A DNA stretch of 63,395 nucleotides, the filler included, from Choristocarpus tenellus KU-1152 (taxonomy: Eukaryota > Protista > Phaeophyceae): assembly GCA_964200185.2 (NCBI GenBank). It is 12 parts of 12 records of this genome, joined end to end, with 100 filler letters (N's around TTAATTAATTAA, not from the genome) between each part and the next. Parts side by side here need not be neighbours in the genome. Positions count along the whole stretch, not along the records: positions 1 to 12,066 come from CAXNAD020002001.1; 11 more parts are not named here. One strand, 5' to 3'. This document shows positions 1 to 12,166 of the stretch, in pieces. The translations under genes and the position numbers were made by a program. The notes under the pieces were generated by a model that made no database searches, was not told where the DNA came from, and saw only the letters and a program-made list of their open reading frames with translations. The number at the start of each line of letters is the position of its first letter. Position 1 is the stretch's first letter.

Positions 1-870
1 GGGTGGGGGGGTTACAAGTGTATCACATATACGAAAGCTAAAAGCACTGCACATAAAGGGTACGGTAGGGTCACTTCAGTCCAACCTAAAAAAAACAAAC
101 TTGAACAAATGAACAATAAAAGGTACATATTTTGTATTTTTGTACTCAGAGTAGGAACACTTAACTGTATGAGTGTGACCAGAACGCCTTCCTGGCAATC
201 GCCATGTTAAACATATCACTGTGCTGTCTTGAAAAAGGTACTACTGTTATTACTACCTCATCTAGAAGCAGGGAGGGAGGGATGGGATGGGATGGGGTGG
301 GGGGGACAACAACTCATATAGCACACAACCTGGGGCATATTTAGATGGTGTTCAGGGCCGATAATTTGAATTGGTAAAAGAATTAGGACCCTAAAGTTCG
401 AGAATATCATCATGGCAACCATTCCACACAAAGGCAACTGGCAACTGGCAACTGGCAACTGGCCACCATGACCATCCATCAACACACCATGGCAAAATAC
501 AATTGATCTCCCAATAACCAAACAGAACAATAACCAAATATTCAACCCAAAACAAGAATAATATCAATCACAACAAGAGAACAATAACACACACAATAAA
601 ATACAAAAATTATCATACTTCAAGAAGCACCGCACACCACTGACGATACTTGACCTACTACCTACTCAACAGAGGAAAAGGCATACAAAAACAATACAAC
701 AATCCGATGGCGCAAACGCCTTCCTACATAATGCAACAGACATACAAACAGACAACAGGCTGACAGTTTTGCATGTGGAAATATCCACTTGAGTTCTGCT
801 TTCCTTTTATATTTCGACCTCGAAAAAAAGAACATAACATCTTCACCAAGGGCAACAAAGACAAACTCAC

Positions 871-3800
871 ATATCTGACATCAGTGTGAACATTGATCCC
901 CTTCCCTCCCCTCTGCCCTAGCCCATCCCAGGACAGAATAGCCTCATCGGGAGACAGGGTAAACACAAGTGGCTTCAACTGTCAAGGGGGGGGAGGGGGA
1001 CAAGGGTAACCGTGATAAACAAACAGGTTGTGGGTTCAACACTTCTGAGTGGTGTTACATTTATGTTAGTTTGAATTTGAATTTGATATTACAGTATGGC
1101 ACGCTTTCATGTCCAAGAACAAATTTTCATGTCTTACGTTCCAAGAACAAATTGGGGCAAAAGGACAGGTAAACTCTTCAGTACACAGGAAGACTAAAAC
1201 AGGCTGGGTCTTGTGGTGGGCGAGGGAAAGGGGGGGGGGGGGGGGGGGGAGGTGATCTGCAACTCTCCCTAATCTCTGTTCTCTTTAGCAAATAGCCTTC
1301 AATTTACCAAAATGTGTTCTACCCAATTCAAGATATGTACATGCTACCTACCCTGAAAGAAGCATCCCCATCACTCCACCCCATTCTGTGCAATAGGGCG
1401 TGTCTTTCCTGAGAACGTAAGCTATGAATAGAAGACAGGAGCAAAGCAGGAAGTGAAAGATAGAGGGGGAGGGATATAATAGATCAACACAGGACATTGA
1501 ACCTCAAATCCTTCCCACCTCCATTCCAGCATGTTGATAAAAATAACAGCATTAATAATAATAATAATAAGGTGGTATTGCTCTGTTGGTAGATTAAAAC
1601 AAATAAATAATAATAATCTTCAGATCCTTCCCGGTTTATCTTACAACAAAAAAGAAGCATTTCTTCATTAAAAAAACAAAAAATCTTATGTATTCAGTGC
1701 GAGGGGGTAAGGGTTAACACTCAATAATACACCAGGCACACAAGTAACAAATAACTGAAGAAAGAGAGGGAAAAGTGTGTGTGATTGGGAGTGGGGGGGG
1801 GGGAGGGGGAAGGCAGAGGAGCCACACCGTGGTCCTGCCCAGGTTGGATCCCACAGTGTGCTTGATGATGGACATTCCATGTTTCAGATGCTTGATTGTC
1901 CTCTCAGTATCCTCCAGCCTCATCTGAAACGGGTTGGAAGTTTGTGTATTTATGAGGGGATATGAGGCAACTTGGGACTAGTGAATCAATCCTAGGGTAT
2001 ACCAGACTATACAGTGTACATAGGGAGAGGAAGTTTTTAGGAGGGGGGGGGTAACTTTTACTGCAATCCCATTTCTATGCCAACAACTAAATAAATAATA
2101 ACTAATGACAAAAAAACTCCCTTGAAGTATTGACAGTGGCGCATACACAATCCCATCAAAACAAAAAAACTAAGATGATGCAAAGTGGTGAGAGCAAACA
2201 GACACCTCTCCATCTCCAACACAAGAGACCAAGTTCAACCAAACTACCACACCACAAAAGGCGATCCCAAGTTAATAAGAAAACAATATCGAGAATAGCA
2301 TGGCACCAAGAGTCCATCCCCCTGACAGACAGGAAGGCGTGTCACTCCACCGCCGCATCCTGCACATCCTCCCAAACAACCTCAGTCAAAGTAAAACGCT
2401 CACCTCTGCTTTCCACAACAGTTTGGACACCAAGTGTAACCAACTATGTAATAGTGAAGACAAACAACACTGCGTTTATCTAGCCGGTCAATTTTGTAGA
2501 TATATATAGATTGGTATTACATTTATCTAGTCAGTCAAATGATGCATTTTGTAGAAACATATAGATTGGTATTACATTTATCTAGTCAGTCAAATGATGC
2601 ATTTTGTAGATATATATAGATTGGTATTACATTTATCTAGTCAGTCAAATGATGCATTTTGTAGATACATATAGATTGGTATTACATTTATCTAGTCAGT
2701 CAAATGATGCATTTTGTAGATATATATAGATTGGTATTACATTTATCTAGTCAGCCAAATGAGGCATTTTGTAGATATATATAGATTGGTATTACATTTA
2801 TCTAGTCAGCCAAATGATGCATTTTGTAGATATATATAGATTGGTATTACATGTATCTAGTCAGTCAAATGAGGCCTTTTGTAGATATATATAGATTGGT
2901 ATTACATTTATCTAGTCAGTCAAATGAGGCCTTTTGTTGATATATATAATTAGGTATTACATTATCTAGTCAGTCAAATGAGGCCTTTTGTTGATATATA
3001 TAATTAGGTATTACATTTATCTAGTCAGTCAAGTGAGGCCTTCTACATAGGTACCACTTCACACTCTTACAGGCAAAGGTATGCAGGTAGGCTTGCTCTC
3101 GAACTGACACCCCCATCCCCCACCGCCCCAAAAAACTCTCCTTTTCAGCAGAGCATACATACCCCTGTACACCCTAACCCTAATGCCATAAAACCCATTC
3201 GTCGCCTAACCCTAAACCTAACCCGAAGCCCCTAGATGCATACTCCTCTCCCCCCTGACTTCACAGATCACATACCTTGTGCATATTGAGCTTAGCGTTG
3301 AAGGCCCTAACACACGCCTGAGCATGTACAATTTGAGCCAGACACTCTAGGTAGTGTTGCCTAGCCGAGAACATCCGCCACACTGACTGCACCAGTACAA
3401 CGACAGGATGAAGAAAAACAAAAAAACAATAACGGTTAGGGTTAGGGTTAGGGTTAGGGTTAGGGTTAGGACACTTGCTGAAATTCAAGCAATATAGATC
3501 ATGTTAACAATCAACACAATGGTTAGGGTTAGGGTTAGGGTTAGGACACTTGCTCAAATTCAAGCAATATAGATCACGTCAACAATCAACGTAATGGTTA
3601 GGGTTAGGGTTAGGGTTAGGACACTTGCTCAAATTCAAGCAATACAAATCACATCAACAATAAACAGAACAGTTAGTGGTAGGACACTTGCTGAAATCCA
3701 GGCAATACAGATCACGTTAACAATCTACATACATCCACTCTAATCAAATCACGAGGACCAGTTCCTCCTCACCGTGGATGGATGGATGGATGGGTCAGCA

Positions 3801-5722
3801 AAAATCTTGACATTTTTTTATTGTGACAGGAATGAAAACTATATTTTCGTAGTGACTCAGTCATCTGATGATGTAAGAATAATGTATGTACATACATGCA
3901 TATACATACATACATACATACATAATAGTACATGTACATCCTATGTTGATAAAGGAGTACTGGTTACACTTCACGCAAACACAACATTGATCGAGGAAGA
4001 TGGTATAATAAACCCCTAAGACTGTGTACACCTCCCTATCTCTTGATGTCAAACTTTGTTAGTCTTTAGTCTTTCCACTACCTGACAAACAATTGCAGCA
4101 TCCTGCCGCTTTCCACCGTGGGCCAGTCGCCCCCCCAGCACCAAGGTCCTCTTGAGGATGTCAGGAGGGATGTTCCTCCTCTCACTGTTCCCTCTTAGCA
4201 CACACTGCATGCATCACACCACACACATGATGACGGGGGGATAGGGATAGGGATAGGGTTAGGGTTAGGGTTAGAGACAAAGTCAGGGTCAGGGATAGGG
4301 TCCGGGTTAAAGTCAAGTCAGGTCACTCATGGGAATTGAGTGTGTATTCACTGGGAAATGCAACCATTTGAGGGAGGTGGGGGGGGGGGGAAAGGTGGGG
4401 GCTAGAAATCTCATCCCAATAGACAAGGTGAATCCCTCACACCATATCCAAATGAGAAGGCCAAGGATGGCATTGGAGTGGGGGGACACAAGCTACAACA
4501 TTTACTAAAGAAGTGTGTTGCAATTGCCAAGGATGTGCTAATATGTAAATAGTATCAATATCCTCATTCTTTAGTAGCAGTAGTAGTAGTAGTAATAATA
4601 ATAATATTTGCACACCCATAAAATAAAAATAAAAACATGGGGAAACAAAAAAAAATCAATAGTTGGAATTTCGCATTTGATGCTCTCGTTAACATATGTG
4701 ACACACACCCGTACATACATCAACACACATCAACATACATCAAAAAAGACAGTATGAAGCAATGCTTAGAACTACATTACACACAGGCACACAGGCACAC
4801 ACACACCTGAATTGCAATAGCATGCATCCACAGGGGACGACCCCTACATCGATCCTTGAACTCGACAAAACGCCTCCGTTGTGCAACTCCTCTCGACAAC
4901 GACTGCACGATTACAATGCTGGAAAAAAAAAATGGTAACATTGAAGAGATCAGAAAACACACGCATACAATAAAAAAAATCATCTAGGATTTAAAGCGAT
5001 CTCGAAGACAAAACCAACAATTGTTCAGATCGGTCAAGAGAGATATCGAGGACAGCAACAAAGAGCCGTGTTACATAGAAACCTTAACATGACAGCTTGC
5101 CCTCAACCTCATGTCATGCCTGACTTGAAGCATTAGATAACCTGCAGACAAGGAACCATAAAAAGTATTCTTTTTTTAAGACTGCACTAGCAGTGGGAAG
5201 AAATAAAATAATTAAAATACTTTTATACATCGTGTTTGTAAGACTTCAAAAATTAACGTTACAAAAAAAATGTACCCTAACCCTAACCCTTTTAAGCATT
5301 CTGAGCAAAACAAGCAGCTAGTATCTGAAATTGCTGGCAGTCGTAGGGGGCAGGCACGCTGTACCCCACCTCCTTCCCCTTCCACACACACCAGCAAAAA
5401 AAGTATCTATGCAGTGTCTGTAGTACTACCATAATTCATCACAGCAACAACAATAACAATCTCAACACAGAAGAACATTAGATATAGCACATCCAGCGAT
5501 GCCATGTACAAGTATTTTTTAACCCTAACCCTTGAAGTACAATCAGTCGAACACAACTCAAATACAAAGCTGACCCTGTCCTTCAGCGCTATTTAAAAAA
5601 ACAATAATGGTAGCAGATTACTCCTAACTTGTGCCATAGAAGGGTCCCCTCAGGAACCCTAACCCTAACCCTCATTGTCTAACAACGATGAAAGTCCTTT
5701 TCAAAAAAAAGAGAGAGTACCC

Positions 5723-5754
<32 letters not shown>

Positions 5755-8700
5755 ACCCCGCCGCCCCCCAAAAAACACCCCCCCACAAGGAGGAANNNNN
5801 NNNNNAACAAAAAAAAAAAACCCCTTAAAAAAAAAAAGAGAGGCCCCCCCCCCCCCCCCCCCCCCCTGCCAGCAATATGTACAGGGACACACAAAAGGAC
5901 CCCACTAATGGAGTTGCAATTGCAAAGATCGTTTGGAATAGAGCTAAACAGCAGTCCACTAGTGGTATTGGGTGAAACTTAAAACGAATCACAGATTCGA
6001 TCTGTAGCACCACCACTATTATCTCAATGCATATCGTTGCATGTGCTGAAGATGTAGAGTGGGGGGGGATGCATACCATGGTGTATGATGGGTGTTGCAC
6101 ATTAATGCCCCTCCACCTTCCACCCCCCAACATTGTTCATCGCTGTTCTGTTTATAGAGACCAAAGATCAAAACCAGGGATGAGACTAGATGTCTAGTAC
6201 ACCACACTAAGTACTTTCGTTCCACCATATGCATCACTAAGGGATCAAGGAACACATACCCTTGCAGCATCACCACCACCACCATCAACCAGGGATCAAA
6301 GAAGACATTCCCTTGCAGCATCACCATCACCACCAATCAGGGATGAAAGAACACAAACTCTTACAGCATCATCACCATCATTTATCCCAGGACCAAACAA
6401 GACATACACCTCCTCCTCCTCCTCCTCCTCCTCCGTCCCTGCAACTACAGTTACATACATACATCCAATCCTCTTTACACCGCCTCTATCCAGACCAACC
6501 ATAACCCACCTATCAAGAGACCGCCGGTACCTCATACGAGCTACGAAGCCCTTTCCCAGGGCGCCCAGCTTGTTAAGACCACGAAGACTTAGCAAGTATT
6601 TCTGAGGAGGGGATTTAGTGTTCAATGGTTATCATCAAGGGCATTGACCTCTAAACATGACATTTTTATCTTGAGACTGACACCTTACGGTGGACGTTTG
6701 TGTGTGTGTGCTTTGAGGATCACCTTGCGGAGGGGACTTTCCGCAAGCAATGCAATGTGTTTCAAATCATTCCTAACGTTCTCTTCGACATTCCCATAAT
6801 CATTCCTACCGGGAGATGAATGCATTTCAGGAATGAGGACGGTTCATTCCACAAGGCTAAAAAAAAAGGTTTTGAAAGGCTTCGCCCTAACGTTTGAGGA
6901 GCATGAGCTGACGACAATCTCAACTGAAGGCATGATTAGAAGACATTGAATAGGCACAACAGAGGAAACAGTGTGTTACACTAAGTATTGAAACATTGTG
7001 TTAAATGGTTAGGTTACATTGGGACTATCCTATCAAAAGTCAAAAAGGCATGTGGGAGGCTCCTTGTTCGGTGACCATAACAGTATATATATATGTATGT
7101 ATATTTATAATCTATATAGAACATTAAAAGGATGTTAGTTTATACTTCTCTTAATTAAACCAAACGAAAGAGACAGTCTAGCGGAAAGGCATAAAAAAAT
7201 GGTTCAAAATCCAACCCGCTCTCATCAGCAAATACTAAACTCTGCAACAAGAAAAAAAGGAAGAAAGAACTGAAAGTTACTATTGATTCTTAAAATCTAC
7301 GTTCATGAGAAAAAGAATCTACAAGATAAGAAAAAAAAATATATATATATATATTAACACTCAAACACTTGAACGAAACACTGGTCCCACAAATAAATGT
7401 ATGTAACGTTCAGTCTACACACACAACATACATACATACATAAAATCCGCGGATTTACTTTGCAGTACCACATATTGCAAATAAAAAAGATCAACCAGAT
7501 ATTAGTTTATTCTTCTCTTCCTCGTGGAGCATCACAATCAAGATATACACAAAACAAAAACTCTCAGTACACAGGGAGACTAGATGTATTACAATTGGAA
7601 CTACATTTTAAATGGAGTGTGTACATCCCTACATTTCATAATTCTTGCTATAAAAGAAAAATGTATATGTGGAAGGTGAGGGCTGAGGGCACAGAGGTTT
7701 TGGTGGTACTGGCCGGAAATTGAGTTTCAATGGATAGCACACAGTATGGAGCCATTGAAAGTATTTTGATACTGTTGGAATGGGAGTGGAAATCACACCA
7801 TTCCTGCTAAAAGCAGTCTTTTTTTTTCAAGGTCTAGATGAAGCACATACTGGCAGAGAGCACACAATAAGGCACTTGCGTGAGTATAGGTGCTTCTGTT
7901 TTGAGTGATACAGGACTCGAGAAACAAGGAATTTTCGTTTGGGACAGGGGAGAATTGGGCTGAAGTATTTGGCTTAAAATGCACGAGAAGCAAAGGGAGC
8001 ATCTACTTAGGATCCCGGCAGATACTACACCAAAGACAATACATCTTAAATGGTTGGCATGAACTATATATCGCCACATATGTTACTGTGTGGGACTGGA
8101 CTTCCAGGTCTTCATTGATGTTGGGCCGAAGAAAAATTGAATCATTGAAGAGTTTTGAGCACGTGGTTTCTTGAAATGGATATATAAGCTGCAATCTCTC
8201 CATTCGCCTCTACGTCCATATCCTCCTCCCCTTCACCATTCTCTTCTACATCTTCCTGGATCTCTAACACTCCAGGGATGTCATCATCATTCCCACAGAC
8301 GAGGTTCTCCTTTCCCTCTATTCATCCCCCTACGTCATCTTAAGCTCTAACTTCTTCCAAGGACATTTTGCAGTTTCAGTCATGGCTACCAACTCAAATC
8401 TTTGTGTTCTTCCCACGTCAAGCATTCCATCCCATGTTCACGTTCTTTCCGACCTTGCGCTTCCCCATTATCCAACCTTTGGTAAGTCCTCATAAAGTCA
8501 ATTCCGATACCCCTGCAAATAACCGCTAGTATCTCACGAACGGCAATGAACCGTGTGAATCTGAGATCATGGGTGTGCACGCACTTCATCGTGGCTTCCA
8601 ACTCAAACCATTTTCTTCTTCCCCCGTCAAGCATTCCATCCCATGTTCACGTTCTTTCCGATGTTGCGCTTCCCCATTATCCAACCTTTGGTACGTCCTC

Positions 8701-11700
8701 ATAAAGTCAATTCCGATACCCCTATAAATAACCGCTAGTATCTCGCGAACGGCAATGAACCGAGTGAATCTGACATCGTGGGGGCGCACGCACTTCGTCG
8801 TGGCTTCCAACTCAAACCATTGTCTTCTTCCCCTTACAAGCATTCCATAACTTGTCTACATTCTTTCCGATCTTACGCTTACACATTATCTACCCAGTAG
8901 CAAAGTCCTTAGAACGTCAATTCCGATACTCTTACAAATAACTGCTTTGATCTCGCGAACGGCAACGAACAGTGTGAATCTGAGATCGTGAGACACTGCG
9001 CACAGTCTCCACCACCAGATGGAAGGATCCGTTGCTTCATTGGACATCATCAAGTTGGGGGGGGGGTTCACAACTTGAAACGTCAATTTCCATACCGATC
9101 TCTCAACTTCTGAGCGCCAGAGTGTAAGAGGCAAAAAGTATACCTGTAGAACACCAGCATGATAATGAGTTGGACGTCATCACGCGAGACCATAATTTCG
9201 ACCTCTCGCACATTTCGCAAACTGACCTCAAGACCTCAAGACCTTCCTGTCAATTGTGCAAACACCAAGACTCCCCCTGCACTAGAAAAGTATACCTATG
9301 CAACGTGAGGATCCTGATCTTTCCTGGACAGCACACTAGGGTATCGATGCCTTAATGGATTGTGAGGAATTGTAACATACCACATACAAAAGGAATTTAG
9401 CCTCTCCAACACTTGAAAAAAGTGGTTAAAAGCAAAGTATTCGAAATAATACTTTTTCGACCATGCTACAAAAATACCACATAAACCGAAGCTACTTAGT
9501 ATTGTTAGGTATTATTACCTTAGTATTAATAGGTATAGATATATGATAGTTTAATGGCCAATCTTTCCAAAAACTGAAATGGTTCGTTTCTATTGTTCCT
9601 ACACCATAGTTGCACATGTATGGTTGCTTTGGTTCCATTGTTCTATTGGTAAAATCATTTAAATATCAGCTAAATAAATACCGTAAACCCAAGAACAGAG
9701 TTTGGGATCTCTATTCGGTTGTGAATGGTTGAAGTGTTCAACGTAGAAATATTTGTATGTTCAGATTTGTCAATTTCACATACATGCTTCAAGAAAATAT
9801 GTTCTTACCAAAGAACTACATACTTCAGTCAAACGCGTTTTATACTAGAGAAACCTAAAAGAAGGATTACGTACAAAGTACGTTTAGAAAGGAGAGATAC
9901 AAAACATTCCGAGGGAACAATAGGATATATACCGAACTGGTCTAGGAACCGTAAAAAGCAAAAAAGAACCTAACTTTGTTTTGTAGTGTAAGGAATTGAC
10001 CTCTGACCCAAGAAATTTGATACCATCAAGAGGGCGACCACAAACAACTGGACTATGGTAGAAGGAACACAGAGGGAGTCAGATGAAACTCGAACGGCTT
10101 TTGTGCGCCATGCTCTACGATGATGAAAGTCATCGTCTCCAACGTTCATGGAGTTATGGAGATTTTGGGGACAATATTCGAAAAGGTGGTCAAATCATTC
10201 GTTTTGACTAAATCACCATGGAAGACGGAGATTATGCCTTCCACCTCTAATCGACTTAAAAGATCAGGAAGTCAAAATCATGCAGTTCCATTTACTCGAC
10301 TAGATCTTTATGCAAACTAATAAATTTGTTGCCTTAAGGAGAACCATCGGTGATAATGTTGTTATTATTACATATAGATCAGGTGAAGGATACAAAAACG
10401 TCGTCGTTTTTTCCGCAACACGACTAAGTGCTCAATGCTACAACCTCAAATGTCTCACTATTCAAATAAAAACAGTTGAAGTACTCAAGGTTTACTATAT
10501 GCTCCTATGACATGGACACTCTATCACACCGAGTATCTGAAGCCCCCCACCTATTGTCACGTATTTCTCCTCCATTACAAAGGATTCCATAAACGCACCA
10601 GCCATGTCCTGTCCTACAAAGATGTTATTATGAAGACTGGGTAGAACAGAAAAGAAGAAACGGTTCGCAAGTGGAGACTCGTATTTACTGCTGATTAATT
10701 TGCTCGCACAGGGCATGAGCGACTGTGAAACGTTTTGATGTTTGGGGAGCTTGCTGTGGGAAACGAAAGCAAAATGGACAATAGAACTGGTGGGCATGCC
10801 TCTATGACGATATTGACAAGTTTAGTTTGGGAATTGGGTTCATGATTGTAGCTCCAAAGCCAAAACCCAACAGGACTGGTACTAAAGTCTGGCTAACGAC
10901 CTGAGGAAGTTAGCAGCAGAGAGGTATTCGAAGGAAGCTGTGATGGCTAAGGTACGTCACACCAAAGTTGCAGGAAAGGTCGATCAAGCCGAAAATGCAT
11001 ACAGAAGAAACATAGAAATACGGAACTATAGTGTTACATGTTGTACAACAAGGGCATAAATATACTCGTTTTTTAATATTTTTTTCTACGAAAAACGATA
11101 CGTACCGTCCGAATCAGGAAAGCTCTTGCCCTGCTCTGGATCATAACCACCACAGGGAACAATGCCTCTTTTCTCTGGTCTTCGAGGGAAAAGATGGTCT
11201 GGGGACGCTTGATGAAGATCTTTGTCAATCCCACCTGTTTTTTGTATTTCCAAATACAACCAACAGAGAGAGAGAGAGAGAGAGAGCGAGGGAATCAACA
11301 GAAAAGAAGAGAGGAACCAAGGCAGACCATAAAGAAGTAGATGCCATGCCTGATTCATACACATCAAAGACATCAAAGTTTTTCTTTTTTTGAACAAACA
11401 AATGATGTATTATAGAGTACATATCATACACGTATGATCGTTACTTTCCAGAGGTACCACAACAGAGCAAACGAACAATAAAACAAGAATTCTAGTTTCA
11501 TTTTTTTTAAAGAACAATTAAAGTAGCATTAGCAAAAACTACAACAAAAACAGCAGCAAAAACAAATGTAGTAAAAACACAACATGATAAGATAGCAGAA
11601 TCCTTTCTTTGTCCAACCTTGATCTCCCCTTCCCCTCCAAGTCGCAGATGCTTCATCACCAACCGCCTTCCATTAGTAAGATGCACCGGCCACCTCTTTG

Positions 11701-11731
11701 GTCTACGTCCGTCAAGGAGCTTCACAATAGC
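871..11731 (-). CDS. Partial myosin heavy chain, class I-like (end of motor/converter, 6 IQ motifs, start of PH-like tail)
   Basis: Eight GT-AG exons splice in phase into 295 aa with no stop: 11731-11618, 11234-11106, 6601-6510, 4918-4807, 4204-4082, 3386-3276, 1923-1828, 978-871. Product contains EIKVGLTKIFIKRPQTIFSLEDQR (myosin-I converter signature GxTKIFIxxPxTxFxLE), six IQ-like motifs (IQSRARAF, LGALGKGF, VQSLSRG, IQCVLRG, CQSVWRM, AQACVRAF) and LKHGMSIIKH...FTLSPDEAILSW (PH beta strands). Tentative further exon 654-619 (VKYRQWCAVLLE). The motor N-terminus is off the contig. Confidence 0.9.
2475..3045. repeat. Intronic minisatellite, 55-bp unit, about 10 copies
   Basis: Unit atttatctagtcagtcaaatgatgcattttgtagatatatatagattggtattac recurs at 2521, 2576, 2631 etc. 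Confidence 0.95.
3434..3725. repeat. Minisatellite of 50-bp cores separated by variable (GGTTAG)n tracts
   Basis: Four cores acacttgctgaaattcaagcaatatagatcatgttaacaatcaacacaat, preceded by 6, 4 and 4 GGTTAG units and finally by the non-telomeric agttagtggtagg. Confidence 0.9.
4236..4325. repeat. Interstitial telomere-like hexamer array (GGGATA/GGGTTA/GGGTCA)
   Basis: gggatagggatagggatagggttagggttagggttag followed by degenerate hexamers. Confidence 0.8.
6238..6435. repeat. Degenerate ~50-bp tandem repeat with CAC/CAT and CCT tracts
   Basis: cagggatcaaggaacacatacccttgcagcatcaccaccac repeated about 3.5 times inside a myosin intron. Confidence 0.75.
7650..9134 (-). pseudogene. Degraded intronless coding relic (TE- or virus-derived) with triplicated N-terminal domain, acidic linker and Cys motifs
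   Basis: 209-bp unit x3 (8389, 8598, 8807) encoding HDLRFTRFIAVREILAVICRGIGIDFMRTYQRL; acidic stretch DDDIPGVLEIQEDVEENGEGEEDMD; frame 8203-7793 broken by one stop, with CLWCSIC and CALC motifs. Confidence 0.45.
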
Positions 11732-12066
11732 CTTGGGGGGGAAAGAGGAGGGCACGGGCAACAACATATGGCAACACAAGGATATGAGAACAGAGGGGGA
11801 GAGACTCTCGTCCCCTTGAGGCATGAACCAGAAACAAATGCCCAGAAGATAGATAGGGACTGCTCAAATCAGCACAAAATTGACTGAAAACATTAAGACA
11901 CATTTTCCAGTGCTCTCAGAATTTCACACAGTAACACAAAACATTGGACCAACCACCACTGTTCACAAGTTCCGTTGCAACAACCCTGATTACACAGGAG
12001 ATACGGACAAACCAGCCCCCGACTAGGTGTGACCAGTGTTCAACCACCCCTCTCTCTCACCCCCCC

Positions 12067-12166
12067 NNNNNNNNNNNNNNNNNNNNNNNNNNNNNNNNNN
12101 NNNNNNNNNNTTAATTAATTAANNNNNNNNNNNNNNNNNNNNNNNNNNNNNNNNNNNNNNNNNNNN
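12067..12166. other. Artificial contig linker (one of 11)
   Basis: 100-nt N-TTAATTAATTAA-N spacers at 12067, 16476, 22973, 25994, 28799, 31606, 36254, 41630, 46840, 56259, 59405; the core has stops in all six frames. Confidence 0.99.

Noticed and set aside
2475-3045. CRISPR-like array
   Set aside because: Whole units repeat with no unique spacers; eukaryotic intron; no cas genes.
3434-3620. True chromosome end
   Set aside because: Tracts are short, internal, in both orientations and inside a continuous gene.
5700-5870. Poly-Pro/poly-Gly ORFs and duplicated poly-C blocks
   Set aside because: Low-quality sequence flanking a 10-N gap.
6262-6504. His-rich metal-binding peptide
   Set aside because: Translation of an intronic CAC/CAT tandem repeat, antisense to myosin.
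12067-12166. Recurrent TTAATTAATTAA motif as a biological repeat
   Set aside because: Always centred in exactly 100 nt of N padding; an artificial linker, so adjacency across it is meaningless.
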